Positions 28,672 through 37,998 of a stretch of 64,000 nucleotides of DNA are shown in pieces. The notes beneath the pieces were generated by a model that was given only the letters and a program-made list of their open reading frames with translations, did no database searches and was not told the DNA's origin. A program made the position numbers and the translations under genes. The DNA is taken from positions 32,001-96,000 of the forward strand of contig CAWEEQ010000004.1 of the NCBI GenBank assembly GCA_963808235.1, read 5' to 3'. The DNA is from an uncultured delta proteobacterium (GTDB lineage Bacteria; Desulfobacterota; Binatia; Binatales; Binataceae). Within the stretch, counting starts at the first letter, position 1; each line of letters begins with the position of its first letter.

Positions 28672-29080
28672 TCTGTCGTCCTGAGCGAAGTCGAAGGACC
28701 TCCGCGAAGCGATGCTCCTTCTTTTCTCCTTCCGTAATCCGCTTTCCGTCATCCCGACCGAAGCGCAAGGAACTTCCGCGAAGCGACAGTTCTTTTCTCT
28801 TTCCGTCATCCCCTCTGTCGTCCTGAGCGAAGTCGAAGGGGGCTTCCCGCGAAGCGATGCTCCTTTTTTTCTTTCCGTCATCTTCCCCTCCGTCATCCCG
28901 ACCGAAGCGGAGGGATCTCCGCGAAGCGACGCTCCTTCCTTTCCTCTCTCCGTCATCCCCACCGAAGTCGAGGGACCGGAGCCTGCCCTGAGTATTCTCG
29001 AAGGGCGAAGCGACGCTCTCTCTTCTATCCACACTCTTTCCTTGTGTCACCCTGAGCGAAGCCGAAGGGCCCCGGATCTT
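28672..29080 (+). repeat. cluster of about 6-7 REP-like units (GTCATCCCGACCGAAG / GTCGTCCTGAGCGAAGTCGAAGG..GCGAAGCGA)
   Basis: degenerate tandem units separated by pyrimidine-rich linkers. Confidence 0.8.
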
Positions 29081-29131
29081 TTACAGCGTGCGCCACACCG
29101 ACACCATGCAGATTCACCACCACCGTCCTCG

Positions 29132-29272
29132 ATGTCCGACCTGCCTGAAATCGGCACCCAGGGCGTAGTCGCAGAAGTGCCACGCGGAAAATGCCAACTC
29201 AACGCACGCCAGATCAAAGAAATAGCAGCCCGCTTCCACGTCTCCCCAGCAGCATTCCTGCCCAACCCCTAG
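29132..29272 (+). pseudogene. C-terminal remnant of HigA-like HTH antitoxin
   Basis: SDLPEIGTQGVVAEV..GK.QLNARQIKEIAARFHVSPAAF matches the HigA C-terminal pattern; N-terminus absent. Confidence 0.65.
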
Positions 29273-29337
29273 ACACGATAGAATCCGCGCTTGGCAGCGC
29301 GCACCCAGTTTCCACTAATGGGTCAGATTGGGAGTCG

Positions 29338-30297
29338 TCAATGGAGCCTGGCCCAAAGACCGGACAGCCACGTTAGCAGAGAGTCGCGACGGGAGCGCAC
29401 ATCATCGTCCTGCGTAGTACGAGGGAAAGAGCCTGATGGTGGCGACGAGGGAACGGAACTCTGACTTTCTGGAATCGCGGGGTCCGCCTCGATTTTTTCT
29501 TTAACGTCGCTGTGCGCGAGAGGGGGGAAGTTGGGTTCCATCTTCGTTACCACCAAGTTGCCGATGTAGGTCCAGGTATAAACGAACCTGTTGACCTTGG
29601 GCTCGAAGTACGCACGGATTAGCTCCAAGTTTAGGAGGCAAGCCACGGCAGCCGCCGTCCAGCCCCCGCCAGCCCTCACATTTTCGTCGGCATTCCAGAA
29701 ATATGCGTAATTTCTATGGTGTTCTATGAAGTGAAGGGCCTGCGGTGTCAGTCTACTGATCGCATCTTCGACGGCCTCATGCGGGCTTCCCATCACCATG
29801 CGGATCGCCATTTGGAGCTGACCGGACAGATACTCTCTGGCCTTCAGGACGTCTTCAGGGTTCTCGCCTTTCAGCTCGTAGCAGATGGGCCACCGCCGCT
29901 GCCGGATGTCGAAGATCTGTTCCTCCACAGGACCATAGGCGGTATTCATCACGCAGATGATGCGATCCCAACCGATGCTTCGAGCCGCATACCCCAGCTC
30001 TAAAAGCACGTTCGGGTTCGGCAGCAACTTCTTGTCACCATCATGGAGGTCGGCTGCCCCTATAAACGTGAGGTCCGCTATAAAGGCCCCGCTCTCTTGG
30101 ATCTTCCTGAAGATGGTGCCCGCGATTTGGGGTGTCCCCGGCACATCCTTTGTGTCGTGGTCAAGCCGTGGCGAATCTTCGACGCTGGCATCCTTGCCGA
30201 TCCGCTTCACCGCCTCCTTGGCTGCGTCACGGATCAGATACCTGTGCGTATTCTGAGAGCGATCACTCTGCCAAGCGTAGAAGATAGTGAAGTCCAT
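29338..30297 (-). CDS. TIR-like / nucleoside deoxyribosyltransferase-fold protein
   Basis: IFYAWQSD, IFRKI..S..FIADLT, PNPNVLLELGYA, FDI. Confidence 0.65.
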   Translation of the reverse strand: MDFTIFYAWQSDRSQNTHRYLIRDAAKEAVKRIGKDASVEDSPRLDHDTKDVPGTPQIAGTIFRKIQESGAFIADLTFIGAADLHDGDKKLLPNPNVLLELGYAARSIGWDRIICVMNTAYGPVEEQIFDIRQRRWPICYELKGENPEDVLKAREYLSGQLQMAIRMVMGSPHEAVEDAISRLTPQALHFIEHHRNYAYFWNADENVRAGGGWTAAAVACLLNLELIRAYFEPKVNRFVYTWTYIGNLVVTKMEPNFPPLAHSDVKEKIEADPAIPESQSSVPSSPPSGSFPRTTQDDDVRSRRDSLLTWLSGLWARLH

Positions 30298-30310
30298 GGT
30301 CGGCCATCCA

Positions 30311-30400
30311 TTACTTTTTGGCTTCCCAAGCCTCTAGCACGTTCACGATATCACGAATCTGCCAATGCCGATCGCTGACGCCAGTGACAACGCGGAGTGT
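30311..30400 (-). pseudogene. 3-prime remnant of a DDE (IS1-like) transposase
   Basis: TLRV..GVSDRHWQIRDIVNVLEAWE resembles the TLRVTPAMAAGxxDxxW C-terminus. Confidence 0.5.
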
Positions 30401-30470
30401 TACGCGTGTGGGTTCGCTGACAGGTCGTGATTGGCACAGCGTCTCGAGTTTCGGGTACTGTTTGGAAACG

Positions 30471-30911
30471 ATGGTTGCGATTACGGTAGCGCTTATCAGT
30501 CTGGGTGGCGTTCTCTTAAGCATCATCGCCAATAGCGTGCTTGCTGCCAGGCGCGAGAAGCGCCGTCACTACACTGATGTTAAAACAGCGTCGAGGCTGA
30601 TTAGCGACGAACTATTCAAGGCTTGCGCCGCCGCGCGTATATGTGTTGAGAAGAAGCATTGGTGGGGCGCCGACATTCGACTGACGACGGACGCATGGCA
30701 GAGGTACGGGAATGTCATCGCTCCCGAATTATCCCACACCGATTGGACGAAGGTGGTAATAGCATTCGAAGCTGTGGACAATCTTCGAGTGATAGGTGGT
30801 GCTCAGCCAGGCACAGACACGATCCTAGACGCAACGGCAGACCAGATCGCTCCTCTCCTTCGGGACATCACCAGGGGCCTCGACGCGCTCGCTCCCTATT
30901 TTCGCGGATGA
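30471..30911 (+). CDS. hypothetical protein with N-terminal TM helix
   Basis: hydrophobic N-terminus then basic RREKRR; lower GC than flanks. Confidence 0.55.
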   Translation: MVAITVALISLGGVLLSIIANSVLAARREKRRHYTDVKTASRLISDELFKACAAARICVEKKHWWGADIRLTTDAWQRYGNVIAPELSHTDWTKVVIAFEAVDNLRVIGGAQPGTDTILDATADQIAPLLRDITRGLDALAPYFRG

Positions 30912-31150
30912 CGAATGAGGAGTTGCGATCTGAGCTTCACGGAAAGAGAGGAAGATTGCGATTGCCGTGACGTAAAAACGTTTCCAGTCCTATCAAGAAG
31001 GGAAGTTTGAAACCTCGCGAGGTTTCAGGAGGGAACAGCGGCCGAGATTATCGCGGCTACTCCGCCGGATTGCCGCGTTAGTTCAGAGTTGAACACCTTT
31101 CCTCTTTCACACCTTCTAACAGGCGCTCCGCGCCGCATCCTCGCCTGGAA

Positions 31151-31176
31151 CACTGGGTGCAGGGGTCACCCCTGCC
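31151..31176. repeat. isolated end motif of the MITE family (CACTGGGTGCAGGGGTCACCCCTGCC)
   Basis: matches right end of 25062..25249 and TIR core of 27119..27324. Confidence 0.6.
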
Positions 31177-31430
31177 CAAGGAAGCCGTGAAAAATGGAAC
31201 CCACGGCGGGTTTCACATTAGATTAAGTTGCCCGCCTCTCTCTTCCCGCGTCCATCCCCCACTCTCCCAACGACTATGAGAAACGCTACTTCATCAGATA
31301 GCCACGAAAGTTCAGGGATGAACTGTTCAGCCTTACGCGATCGCCCGAGCTTCGAGTAAACTAGCGCAGAAGTGAGACTCATGCGCATCCCTCATCACAA
31401 ATTCTCCAATCAAATCCAAGGCACTAGGGC

Positions 31431-32591
31431 ATGACCGTGAAGATCGAAGGTACCTCCGATCCCTGCTTCAAGCGCGTCAAGGAAGTCTTCGCGGACAGCT
31501 TCACAAACGGCATCGAGGTCGGCGCGGCTGTCGCCGCAACCATCGATGGCAAGTCTGTCATCGATTTGTGGGGCGGTCATGCGGACAAGGCGAAGACGCG
31601 GCCATGGACTCGCGACACCTTGGTCAACGTGTACTCGACGACCAAGGGTCTCGCCGCTATCTGCGCGCATCGCCTGGTCGATCAAGGGATGCTCGATCTC
31701 GACGCGCCGGTCGCGAAGTACTGGCCCGAGTTCGCGCAGGCCGGCAAGGAAAAGATCCCGGTAAATTATCTGCTCAGTCATCGCGCGGGATTACCTGCGG
31801 TGCGAAAGCAACTCCCGATGGACGCGTACTTCAACTGGTCCGCGATGTGCTCCGCGATCGCTGCGCAAGAACCGTGGTGGGAGCCGGGCACCAGGCACGG
31901 CTATCACGCGATCACTTTCGGATATTTGATCGGCGAAGTGATTCGCCGCATCACCGGCAAAACTATCGGCGCCTATCTGCGCGACGAGATCGCCCGCCCG
32001 CTAAACCTCGATATGCATATCGGCGTCGATGCGAGCTTCGACGCGCGCATCGCGGAACTGATCGGCGCGCCGCCTCCGCCGCCGGGCAAGCCGGATCAAA
32101 TCGCCGAGATGGCTCGCGATCCCGAGTCCGTCACTTTCAAGGCGATCGCGAATCCGCGACCGGTCATCGATCCCGCGCTGGTGAACAGCCGCGAATGGCG
32201 CAGTGCCGAGATTCCCGCCGCCAACGGCCATGCAACCGCGCGTTCGCTCGCGGCGCTATACGGCGCGCTGGCAAGCGACGGCAAGGTGAAAGATTTTCGG
32301 GTCCTGACCAAAAACAGCATCAGCCGCGCTCATACCGAGCAGGCTTTCGGACCCGACGTAGTGCTCGGCGTGGTCTCGCGATGGGGTCTCGGGTTTGCGC
32401 TGAATCAGCCCGCGGCGCCACTCGGACCGAACCCGCGGACGTTTGGCCATCCGGGCGCCGGCGGCTCGATCGGATTTGCGGATCCCGACGCGCGCCTGGG
32501 ATTCGGCTACGTGATGAATCAGATGGGTTCCGACGCCTTGATCGACGGACGCGCGGCGAGTCTTTTCAATACCTTGTTCGCGGCGCTTTGA
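31431..32591 (+). CDS. serine hydrolase, beta-lactamase class C/EstA-like (paralog 2)
   Basis: STTK, LLSHRAGL, FGHPGAGG; closely similar to 23893..25059. Confidence 0.9.
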   Translation: MTVKIEGTSDPCFKRVKEVFADSFTNGIEVGAAVAATIDGKSVIDLWGGHADKAKTRPWTRDTLVNVYSTTKGLAAICAHRLVDQGMLDLDAPVAKYWPEFAQAGKEKIPVNYLLSHRAGLPAVRKQLPMDAYFNWSAMCSAIAAQEPWWEPGTRHGYHAITFGYLIGEVIRRITGKTIGAYLRDEIARPLNLDMHIGVDASFDARIAELIGAPPPPPGKPDQIAEMARDPESVTFKAIANPRPVIDPALVNSREWRSAEIPAANGHATARSLAALYGALASDGKVKDFRVLTKNSISRAHTEQAFGPDVVLGVVSRWGLGFALNQPAAPLGPNPRTFGHPGAGGSIGFADPDARLGFGYVMNQMGSDALIDGRAASLFNTLFAAL

Positions 32592-32608
32592 GTTTCGCCT
32601 AAAACGAA

Positions 32609-32648
32609 GCCGCCTCGAAATTCGGGCGGCCGTTTTGTCCCCTTTTTG
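32609..32648. terminator. hairpin between convergent genes, probable terminator
   Basis: GCCGCCTCGAAATTCGGGCGGC followed by T-rich tract. Confidence 0.5.
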
Positions 32649-32659
32649 CGGAACTCAGA

Positions 32660-33565
32660 TCAGATGCCGGCTGACTTATGCAGCGCGTAACGAAGTTTCA
32701 GGAAGTGCGCCATCGAGGTCAGGTAGCGCACCCGCCATGCCGCTTGCATCTTACCCTTGGTCAGATCGAGATTGTAGCGCGGCCCAAGCATCTTGTACGC
32801 CGACTTGATCCGGTTGAAAAGATCGTCCGCCGACCCGGGCTTTAGCTGCGCGATACCTTCGAGGCTGCCGAGCGTGTCGCTTCCGTAAGCGCCGAGCGCA
32901 ACCAAGCTGTCAGCGAACAACTCGTCCTCTTCGACCAGGTGGTTGGCGAACGCGCCTTCCATGAACGCCGTGTGCTCAGCTTTTTCGCCGACCAACGAGC
33001 CGTATATATAGTGTCCGAGTTCATGGCCGAGCGTCGCGGCGACTGCGCCCGGATGATGCGCGGTGTTTACGAAAATTACGAACTTGCTCTTCGGGCCGAC
33101 GTCGGCACGGCAGTAAAAGCCGCGCAGCGACAGTCCCGCCCCGGTGCGATACGGCTCGGCGCGAAGCTCTAGCTCGCGCGGGCCGAAAAGATTCTCGAGG
33201 TGAGACATCAGTTTCGGATTGCCGAGATCGGCCAGGCTTTCGTATGACCCCGTGTGCTGCTTGATGTCGGTTTCGACGATGCGCGCGAGTTCCTTGAGCA
33301 GGGGCTTGGGCGGAAGCGCAGGAACTTCCATGTAGTCGGTGGAAAGAATCTTCTTGAGATCGGTCAACTGATTGAGAACCCGGGTTCCGAGCGAGGCGAA
33401 GGGGACGTGAATCTCGCCGAGCAGTTTGGAAACGAGGAGGTCTACCTCGCGAGTTACGAGTGCGTCCGGACCGCGCGAGGGCATCGGTTTTGGGGCCGCG
33501 TGCGAAGAGCCAACCGAGGCACTCACGGGACCGCTACGAAGGCGCATTGCCGAGCTTATTGGCAT
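32660..33565 (-). CDS. ImmA/IrrE (M78) family zinc metallopeptidase
   Basis: IFVN..ATLGHELGH and downstream EDELFAD; start uncertain. Confidence 0.75.
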   Translation of the reverse strand: MPISSAMRLRSGPVSASVGSSHAAPKPMPSRGPDALVTREVDLLVSKLLGEIHVPFASLGTRVLNQLTDLKKILSTDYMEVPALPPKPLLKELARIVETDIKQHTGSYESLADLGNPKLMSHLENLFGPRELELRAEPYRTGAGLSLRGFYCRADVGPKSKFVIFVNTAHHPGAVAATLGHELGHYIYGSLVGEKAEHTAFMEGAFANHLVEEDELFADSLVALGAYGSDTLGSLEGIAQLKPGSADDLFNRIKSAYKMLGPRYNLDLTKGKMQAAWRVRYLTSMAHFLKLRYALHKSAGI

Positions 33566-33928
33566 AATGGACGAGTTATCTTAAGTGACACCCGGTTTAG
33601 TTCAAAGACCTACGTCTACTCTTGTCTATTGCAGCAAATCATAGGCCACACAACCTATGGTTGCCTTCATGCCACCTCATACCAGCTGTAGGGTTCCAGC
33701 TCTCCTCATGGTGCGATCGTGCAACATAATGCGCGCTTTCGAAGGCGCTTCGAATTGACAGCGAACCAGCCGGAGAGGTCCAACTCCCGGCTGGCCGCGC
33801 CGTCGCATCGAGTCCCGTGCGATGCAGACGCGCGACTTCGATGGGCGTCGGGGTCCAATCCGACGTTAGAAGAGAATCTCGAAGTCAGCGGCCTCCCCTG
33901 CATCAAAGTAAAGTCCAAAAAATCGCGC

Positions 33929-34354
33929 TCAGGAAATCAAAGCCTGGCGCACGGTATTGAGAACGTAGATAAAGTCGCGCGAGCTTCTCACCTGGCCCAT
34001 CAGCGCGACCTGCGAGAGCATGTTCATTTCCTTGGCGTTGATGTTGTGAATGCGGCGGATTTTTTCGTCGCGGCGGAATTCATCCCACGCGGAATTGCCC
34101 TTGACCGGTTCCGCGGGATGCAAGAGTTCCTTGGCCCTGGGATTGGCGAGAAAGAAAAGTTCGCGACGATCGAAGCCCAGCGCATCGGCGAGGCGCGTCA
34201 CGATCTCATCGGAAGGATGCCGCTTGCCGGACTCGAGATGGCCGACGTAAGGAGTCGAGGTCCCGACTCTACGCGCGACCTGTTGCTGGGTCAGTTCACT
34301 CTGACGCCTGCGGTCTCGAATCACCTGCCCAAATTTTACGTTCGACATCGACAT
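33929..34354 (-). CDS. XRE-family HTH repressor with DdrO-like C-terminal domain
   Basis: LTQQQVARRVGTSTPYVGHLESGKRHPS; RBS GGAGG upstream; DdrO likeness is from a remembered alignment. Confidence 0.85.
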   Translation of the reverse strand: MSMSNVKFGQVIRDRRRQSELTQQQVARRVGTSTPYVGHLESGKRHPSDEIVTRLADALGFDRRELFFLANPRAKELLHPAEPVKGNSAWDEFRRDEKIRRIHNINAKEMNMLSQVALMGQVRSSRDFIYVLNTVRQALIS

Positions 34355-34407
34355 GGAAGCCTCCTATGGCCTCCCCCCGAATAGAAGCCCTTCAGGTTAC
34401 GGACGTT

Positions 34408-34902
34408 TCAGAAACCCTCACTCGAAGAATCAATCTGCAAAAGTTCCGACTTCTTTCTGTTGCCAATATTGTTTGAGGCGTTTTGCGCGCGCTTCAGCAC
34501 TACGCGGCCGAAGCCCGCGACGACGTTGCTTGCGCGCAGCCGGCCGAGCCGACGCGTCTGCGCCTTGCGGCATTTCGAGGCGCCGACTTGCTGCTCGAGT
34601 TTGCGCCGCTGCCGATCGATCGCGTCAGCCATGGATTGATACATGCGAATCTGCGCGCCCAATTCGACCCACAAGCATGGGCCGCACAACGGCGCGCATT
34701 CACCAGTCGAATCAGGACCGGCGCATCGATAGTCGTCACCACAGATGACGCATCGATGGCCGTGCGGACGGCGAGCCTCGCGCGCCGACATCCCGGCGCT
34801 TGGCCATGGCAAAGGCAGGTTCTCGAGCGCGTCGTTGCGACGCTCTTCGATAGAGGCGAGGCGAGTCTTGCCGCGCAATGTGGATGTGCCAGACGCTGCC
34901 AT
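34408..34902 (-). CDS. hypothetical Cys-rich putative zinc-binding coiled-coil protein
   Basis: HRCVICGDDYRC..ECAPLCGPC followed by helical charged segment. Confidence 0.6.
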   Translation of the reverse strand: MAASGTSTLRGKTRLASIEERRNDALENLPLPWPSAGMSAREARRPHGHRCVICGDDYRCAGPDSTGECAPLCGPCLWVELGAQIRMYQSMADAIDRQRRKLEQQVGASKCRKAQTRRLGRLRASNVVAGFGRVVLKRAQNASNNIGNRKKSELLQIDSSSEGF

Positions 34903-35070
34903 GCGCCGGATTGTGCAACGTTGCCTACAATCAGTCAAGTGTTTCACTACGAACTGTAGGATGGTTTTCATGCCGCTTTGACACATTGAGGCTGGCGCGC
35001 GCCCTCCACGCCCGCGACCCATCGCGGCGTCCATTTCGTGGGAAAGTGCCGTATTCCGTAGATAATTCGG

Positions 35071-35694
35071 CTAGGGCGCGCGCTTAAGCCATCGTTCGAC
35101 GAAGTCGAGGCGGTCCTTGCCCCAGAACATTTCATCGCCGACGAAAAAAGTTGGGGCGCCGAAGACTCCGCGCGCGATGGCGCGATCGGTGATCGCGGCG
35201 AGCTCGTCGCGAATCGGGGCTGAGTTCGCGGCGTTGATGATGCGAGTTCCGTCAAAGCCGGCACCCGCCGCGATCGCCGCAATCACATCAGGATCGGCGA
35301 TATTTTCATCGCGCTCCCAGTATGCGCGCATGATCGCCTGAGTAAGCGCGCCCTTCGCGCGCTCGCGCGATTCGTCGCCGCTCTCGGCGCCGGAGTCAGC
35401 GCCCGCGGCCAGGACGGCGCGCAGCGTAGTCGAAGTCTTCATCGGGAAGCGGCTCGGCCTTTTGAATGGCAAGCCGGTGAGTTCCGCGTAGCGCGCATGA
35501 TCGCGCCAAAGATAACGCGCCTTTTGTGGCGACATCGCCATCACGTCGAAACCGGTGCCGCGAAACAGCGCGGCAAAATGCGTCGGCATCCAGTTCAGGC
35601 GGGCGTCGGTCCGAGCGCAGATTTCCGCAAGCAAGAAGGCGGCGAAGTAGCTATTGGTACTGGAAAAATCGAAATAGAAATCGACCGAGCGCAT
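35071..35694 (-). CDS. DsbA-like / 2-hydroxychromene-2-carboxylate isomerase family
   Basis: DFYFDFSS.NSY, GVFGAPTFFVGDEMFWGKDRL. Confidence 0.88.
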   Translation of the reverse strand: MRSVDFYFDFSSTNSYFAAFLLAEICARTDARLNWMPTHFAALFRGTGFDVMAMSPQKARYLWRDHARYAELTGLPFKRPSRFPMKTSTTLRAVLAAGADSGAESGDESRERAKGALTQAIMRAYWERDENIADPDVIAAIAAGAGFDGTRIINAANSAPIRDELAAITDRAIARGVFGAPTFFVGDEMFWGKDRLDFVERWLKRAP

Positions 35695-35855
35695 CGCTGA
35701 TGTCTCCGAGCCGCATCCTAGCGCGATTATCAGGGACGTCGGTAATCGACGGCCAATGACTGTTTTCGAGACGGCCAATGGTTGCGACGGCTCGAATGGC
35801 TTGCCATTAGTTTCATTCCCGTTGGCGCTCGGGAGCGGTCGCGCAATTTACCTGG

Positions 35856-37991
35856 ATGGCGAAAACCAAATCTCAAATCCTGCCCGGCGCTCCGTATCCG
35901 CTCGGCGCGAACTTCGACGGTACGGGAACGAATTTCGCGCTGTTCTCCGAGCATGCGACTGGGGTCGTGCTTTGCCTGTTCGACGGCGCGACCGGCAATG
36001 ACGAAACCGCGCGAATACCGCTCGTCGAGCGCACCGAGCATTTGTGGCATGCGTACATCGGCGGAGTCGGTCCGGGACGGCGCTATGGGTATCGCGTCGT
36101 CGGCCGATACGATCCGCCCGCGGGGCATCACTTCAATTCCGCAAAGCTGCTGCTCGATCCGTATGCCCGCGCGATCGATCGCGCGCCGGTCTGGGATGAC
36201 TCGATGATGGGCTATCGCGCCCGCACTGCAACCGGTCCGTTTCGCGCCGATCGGCGCAACAGCGCGCTCGTTATGCCCAAGTGCGTGGTTGTCGATTCCG
36301 TATACGACTGGGGCGGGGACCGCAAGCCGGCAATAGCGTCGGAGGACCTGGTAATCTACGAAGCTCACGTGAAAGGGATGACCGCACTGCGCCCGGAAGT
36401 CGCCGAGCCGATTCGTGGCACCTACGCCGCGCTCGCATCGCCGGCCGTGATTGGGCATCTGACCTCACTCGGGGTGAATGCAATCGAACTGATGCCGGTG
36501 CATCAGACGGCCCCTGAGCACCGGCTATACAGACAGGGTCTGAGTAACTATTGGGGATACAACACGATTGGCTATTTTGCGCCGGACATAAGATTCGCCT
36601 CGAAGGGCGCGCTCGGGGCCCAAGTCGCCGAATTCAAGCACATGGTCAGAGAGTTTCACTCGGCCGGAATCGAGGTGATCCTCGACGTCGTTTACAACCA
36701 TACGGGAGAGGGAGGAGATGGCGGGCCGACGGTTTGCTTCCGCGGCATCGACAATGCTTCCTACTACCGTCTTTTGGCCGACGGCAGCGGCCGATGCGAG
36801 GATTTCACCGGCACCGGCAACTCGCTGAATATGATGAATCCGCGTGTGCTGCAGTTAGTAATGGACAGCTTGCGCTACTGGGTAATCGAAATGCACGTGG
36901 ACGGATTCCGCTTCGACCTTGCGACCACGCTGGCACGCGGCCCGCGCGGAGAATTCGCGACCAGTCCATTTTTCGCTGCGATTGCGCAGGACCCGCAGCT
37001 GGCCGGGGTCAAGCTAATCGCGGAGCCGTGGGATGTCGGAGAACACGGCTATCGGGTCGCGAATTTTCCGGTCAACTGGAAGGAATGGAACGGCAGGTAT
37101 CGCGATAGCGTGCGCGATTTCTGGCGCAGCGCGAGCGATTCGATGGGCGAGTTCGCGTCGCGCATCACGGGCAGCTCGGATTTGTACCGCGCCTCAGGTC
37201 GCGCGCCGCTCGCGAGCATCAACTTCGTTACCGCGCACGATGGCTTCACGCTTTCCGACCTGGTCTCGTACAACGAGAAACACAACGCGGCGAACGACGA
37301 GGGCAATCGCGACGGCGAAAGCCACAACCGTTCATGGAATTGCGGCGTGGAAGGTCCGAGCGACGATCCTGCGATTCGCGCGATCCGCGACCGGCAAAAA
37401 CGCAACTTCCTGGCGACTCTCATTCTCTCGCAGGGAATACCGATGCTGCTCGCGGGCGATGAGCTTGGACGAACGCAGGGCGGCAACAATAACGCCTACT
37501 GTCAGGACAACCCGCTTTCATGGATCGACTGGACGAACGCGGACACGACACTGGTCGAATTCACGCGGCGGTTGCTTCAGCTCCGTCGCGAGCATCCGAT
37601 CTTTCATCGCCGCGGATGGTTCACCGGGATTACGCGGAAGACTGGATGGCCGAAGGATCTGGAGTGGTTCAGGCCGGACGGCGTCGAGATGAATTCCGGG
37701 GATTGGGGAGTCGGATATGCGAAAACGCTGGGAGCGTTTCTGAACGGACGCACTATTTCGGAGCGGAACCGCGCCGGCGATCAAATCAGCGACGATAGTT
37801 TCTTTTTGATCTTCAACGCGTACCAGGAGCCGATGGAATTCAAGCTGCCGGGCAGAAATTGGGGGCGCACGTGGAGCGTCGTCGTCGACACGGGCGATGC
37901 AACTACGCCGGCAAGCACGCGATCGTACTCATTCAAAGAGAGGGTGCACGTGAGCGGGCGCGCGATGGTCGTGTTGCGGCGCCGTACTTGA
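35856..37991 (+). CDS. glgX: glycogen debranching enzyme
   Basis: NYWGY, DVVYNH, DGFRFDLA, AEPWD, GNNNAYCQDN. Confidence 0.95.
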   Translation: MAKTKSQILPGAPYPLGANFDGTGTNFALFSEHATGVVLCLFDGATGNDETARIPLVERTEHLWHAYIGGVGPGRRYGYRVVGRYDPPAGHHFNSAKLLLDPYARAIDRAPVWDDSMMGYRARTATGPFRADRRNSALVMPKCVVVDSVYDWGGDRKPAIASEDLVIYEAHVKGMTALRPEVAEPIRGTYAALASPAVIGHLTSLGVNAIELMPVHQTAPEHRLYRQGLSNYWGYNTIGYFAPDIRFASKGALGAQVAEFKHMVREFHSAGIEVILDVVYNHTGEGGDGGPTVCFRGIDNASYYRLLADGSGRCEDFTGTGNSLNMMNPRVLQLVMDSLRYWVIEMHVDGFRFDLATTLARGPRGEFATSPFFAAIAQDPQLAGVKLIAEPWDVGEHGYRVANFPVNWKEWNGRYRDSVRDFWRSASDSMGEFASRITGSSDLYRASGRAPLASINFVTAHDGFTLSDLVSYNEKHNAANDEGNRDGESHNRSWNCGVEGPSDDPAIRAIRDRQKRNFLATLILSQGIPMLLAGDELGRTQGGNNNAYCQDNPLSWIDWTNADTTLVEFTRRLLQLRREHPIFHRRGWFTGITRKTGWPKDLEWFRPDGVEMNSGDWGVGYAKTLGAFLNGRTISERNRAGDQISDDSFFLIFNAYQEPMEFKLPGRNWGRTWSVVVDTGDATTPASTRSYSFKERVHVSGRAMVVLRRRT

Positions 37992-37998
37992 GCATCGG

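Noticed and set aside
28672-29080. Possible CRISPR array
   Set aside because: Units vary in length and sequence, linkers are low-complexity and similar to each other, and no cas genes are present; REP-like instead
28567-29272. Repetitive ORFs (SVIPTEAEG / SVGMTE repeats)
   Set aside because: Translations of the DNA repeat array; only the last 46 codons look like real protein
30912-31430. Possible ncRNA in a long intergenic region (palindrome GAAACCTCGCGAGGTTTC)
   Set aside because: No recognisable RNA family features; needs a covariance-model search
33566-33928. Deinococcus RDRM-like operator near the XRE/peptidase genes
   Set aside because: No convincing 17-bp palindrome found by eye here or upstream of 34902
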